Assembly (NCBI GenBank): GCA_964351635.1
Contig: CAYGOR010000001.1
Location: forward strand, 9,086-33,085
DNA length: 24,000 nt
Source: an uncultured Candidatus Saccharibacteria bacterium
GTDB lineage: Bacteria; Patescibacteriota; Saccharimonadia; Saccharimonadales; SZUA-47
Reading direction: 5' to 3'
A program made the position numbers and the translations under genes. Positions 23,318-24,000 of the stretch are shown here, in pieces. How positions within the stretch are numbered: position 1 is the stretch's first letter; each line of letters starts with the position of its first letter. The notes under the pieces are model-generated. The model had not been told where the DNA came from, did not search any database, and saw only the letters and a program-made list of their open reading frames with translations.

Positions 23318-23668
23318 ATGATTGCACAGAAAAATCGATTTCACGGTCCGCACGCCATTCGTAAGTTGAAAGGCTCTAACTTTCAGGCGAATGTCATCAG
23401 TGCCCGTGCGTGCAAGTGCAGTGGCAGCAATAACGATTATCGATTAGCGGTAGTTGTTAGCAAGAAGGTCGCTGCAAAAGCTGTAGACAGAAATAAGATA
23501 CGCCGCCGAATTTTTGAAGCTGTTCGACAGCAAAAGCGACTATCTGGCTTGCCCATTGATTGCATAATTTATGTTAAAGACGCATCTGTTGGCAGTATGC
23601 CCAGCAGTCAGTTAAGTGAAGAGATTGCAATGCTTACTAAGAAAGTAATTGCACGCGTGCTACACTAG
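23318..23668 (+). CDS. rnpA: Ribonuclease P protein component
   Basis: 116 aa, basic, with the RNR-type motif KAVDRNKIRRRIFEAVR. Synteny rpmH-rnpA-yidC. Confidence 0.9.
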   Translation: MIAQKNRFHGPHAIRKLKGSNFQANVISARACKCSGSNNDYRLAVVVSKKVAAKAVDRNKIRRRIFEAVRQQKRLSGLPIDCIIYVKDASVGSMPSSQLSEEIAMLTKKVIARVLH

Positions 23669-23685
23669 TATTAAGGAGTAATATC

Positions 23686-24000
23686 GTGCTAACGACACTA
23701 TTTGTGCAACCAATTTTTAATGTTCTCAGCCTAATATATGCAGTACTGCCAGGCCATAACTTCGGTATTGCCATAATTATCTTTACGATTATAGCCCGCT
23801 GGGCTATGTATCCACTTCTTCGCAAGCAGCTAAAACATACCCGGGCAATGAGAGAAATGGCCCCTGAAATCAAGAAAATCAAGAAGGCAGCTAAAGGAAA
23901 TCGTCAGCAAGAAAGCTTGATGATGATGGAGCTTTATAAAGAAAAAGAGATAAAACCGCTTAGTTTCATTGGCATGCTTGTGGTTCAAATCGTAATCTTC
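23686..24000 (+). CDS. yidC: YidC/Oxa1-family membrane protein insertase (N-terminal part; runs off the window)
   Basis: GTG 23686 is preceded by AAGGAG. Translation: VLTTLFVQPIFNVLSLIYAVLPGHNFGIAIIIFTIIARWAMYPLLRKQLKHTRAMREMAPEIKKIKK...QESLMMMELYKEKEIKP. This is the typical short (Gram-positive-type) YidC start. The frame is open to base 24000. Confidence 0.85.
   Translation, partial: MLTTLFVQPIFNVLSLIYAVLPGHNFGIAIIIFTIIARWAMYPLLRKQLKHTRAMREMAPEIKKIKKAAKGNRQQESLMMMELYKEKEIKPLSFIGMLVVQIVIF

Noticed and set aside
23637-23882. 81-aa minus-strand ORF overlapping the rnpA end and the yidC start
   Set aside because: The plus strand here encodes a typical YidC N-terminus preceded by an AAGGAG SD. 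The antisense frame has no support.
1-24000. CRISPR arrays, tRNA/rRNA genes, recoded stop codons (code 25/4)
   Set aside because: I saw no regularly spaced direct repeats and no cloverleaf-like or rRNA-like stretches in the short intergenic regions. Long ORFs close normally with TAA, TAG and TGA, so the standard code fits.

Overview
This window looks like core chromosome around the replication origin of a small-genome, monoderm-type bacterium. I infer a Candidate Phyla Radiation/Patescibacteria organism, Saccharibacteria-like, using the standard genetic code. All family assignments come from motifs I read in the translations; no searches were run.

Right end: recF <- dnaN <- dnaA, then a DnaA-box cluster (one perfect TTATCCACA plus four 1-mismatch boxes), then rpmH -> rnpA -> yidC (partial).

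Left end: the tail of an unidentified CDS, a ComF-family phosphoribosyltransferase (-), and an Hsp20 gene (+) with a long palindrome-bearing leader and two bidirectional terminators.

The middle ~17 kb (1885-18928) is the interesting part: two divergently transcribed operons that together look like a chromosomal, Gram-positive-style type IV secretion (T4SS)-like machine.
- Minus strand: six tightly coupled tandem paralogues of small VirB2/TrbC-like pilin proteins. They share a C-terminal two-helix hairpin and differ in their Cys-bracketed acidic ectodomains.
- Plus strand: a VirB6/TrbL-like polytopic protein with large extra domains, an orphan very basic 465-aa protein, and a PrgI/VirB3-like protein with a long tail.
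- Plus strand, continued: a VirB4 ATPase that appears split into two translationally coupled ORFs.
- Plus strand, continued: a 1192-aa membrane-anchored protein ending in an M14 carboxypeptidase-like domain, a secreted lysozyme-like + M15/VanY-like hydrolase, and a VirB8-topology protein.

No relaxase, VirD4 coupling protein, integrase, tRNA, CRISPR array or element boundary is visible. I therefore read this as a non-conjugative T4SS-like apparatus (DNA uptake or host-contact function, hypothesis) rather than an ICE.

Several operon-leading genes have -10 elements, often TGn-extended, only 6-13 nt from their start codons. This suggests leaderless or near-leaderless mRNAs.
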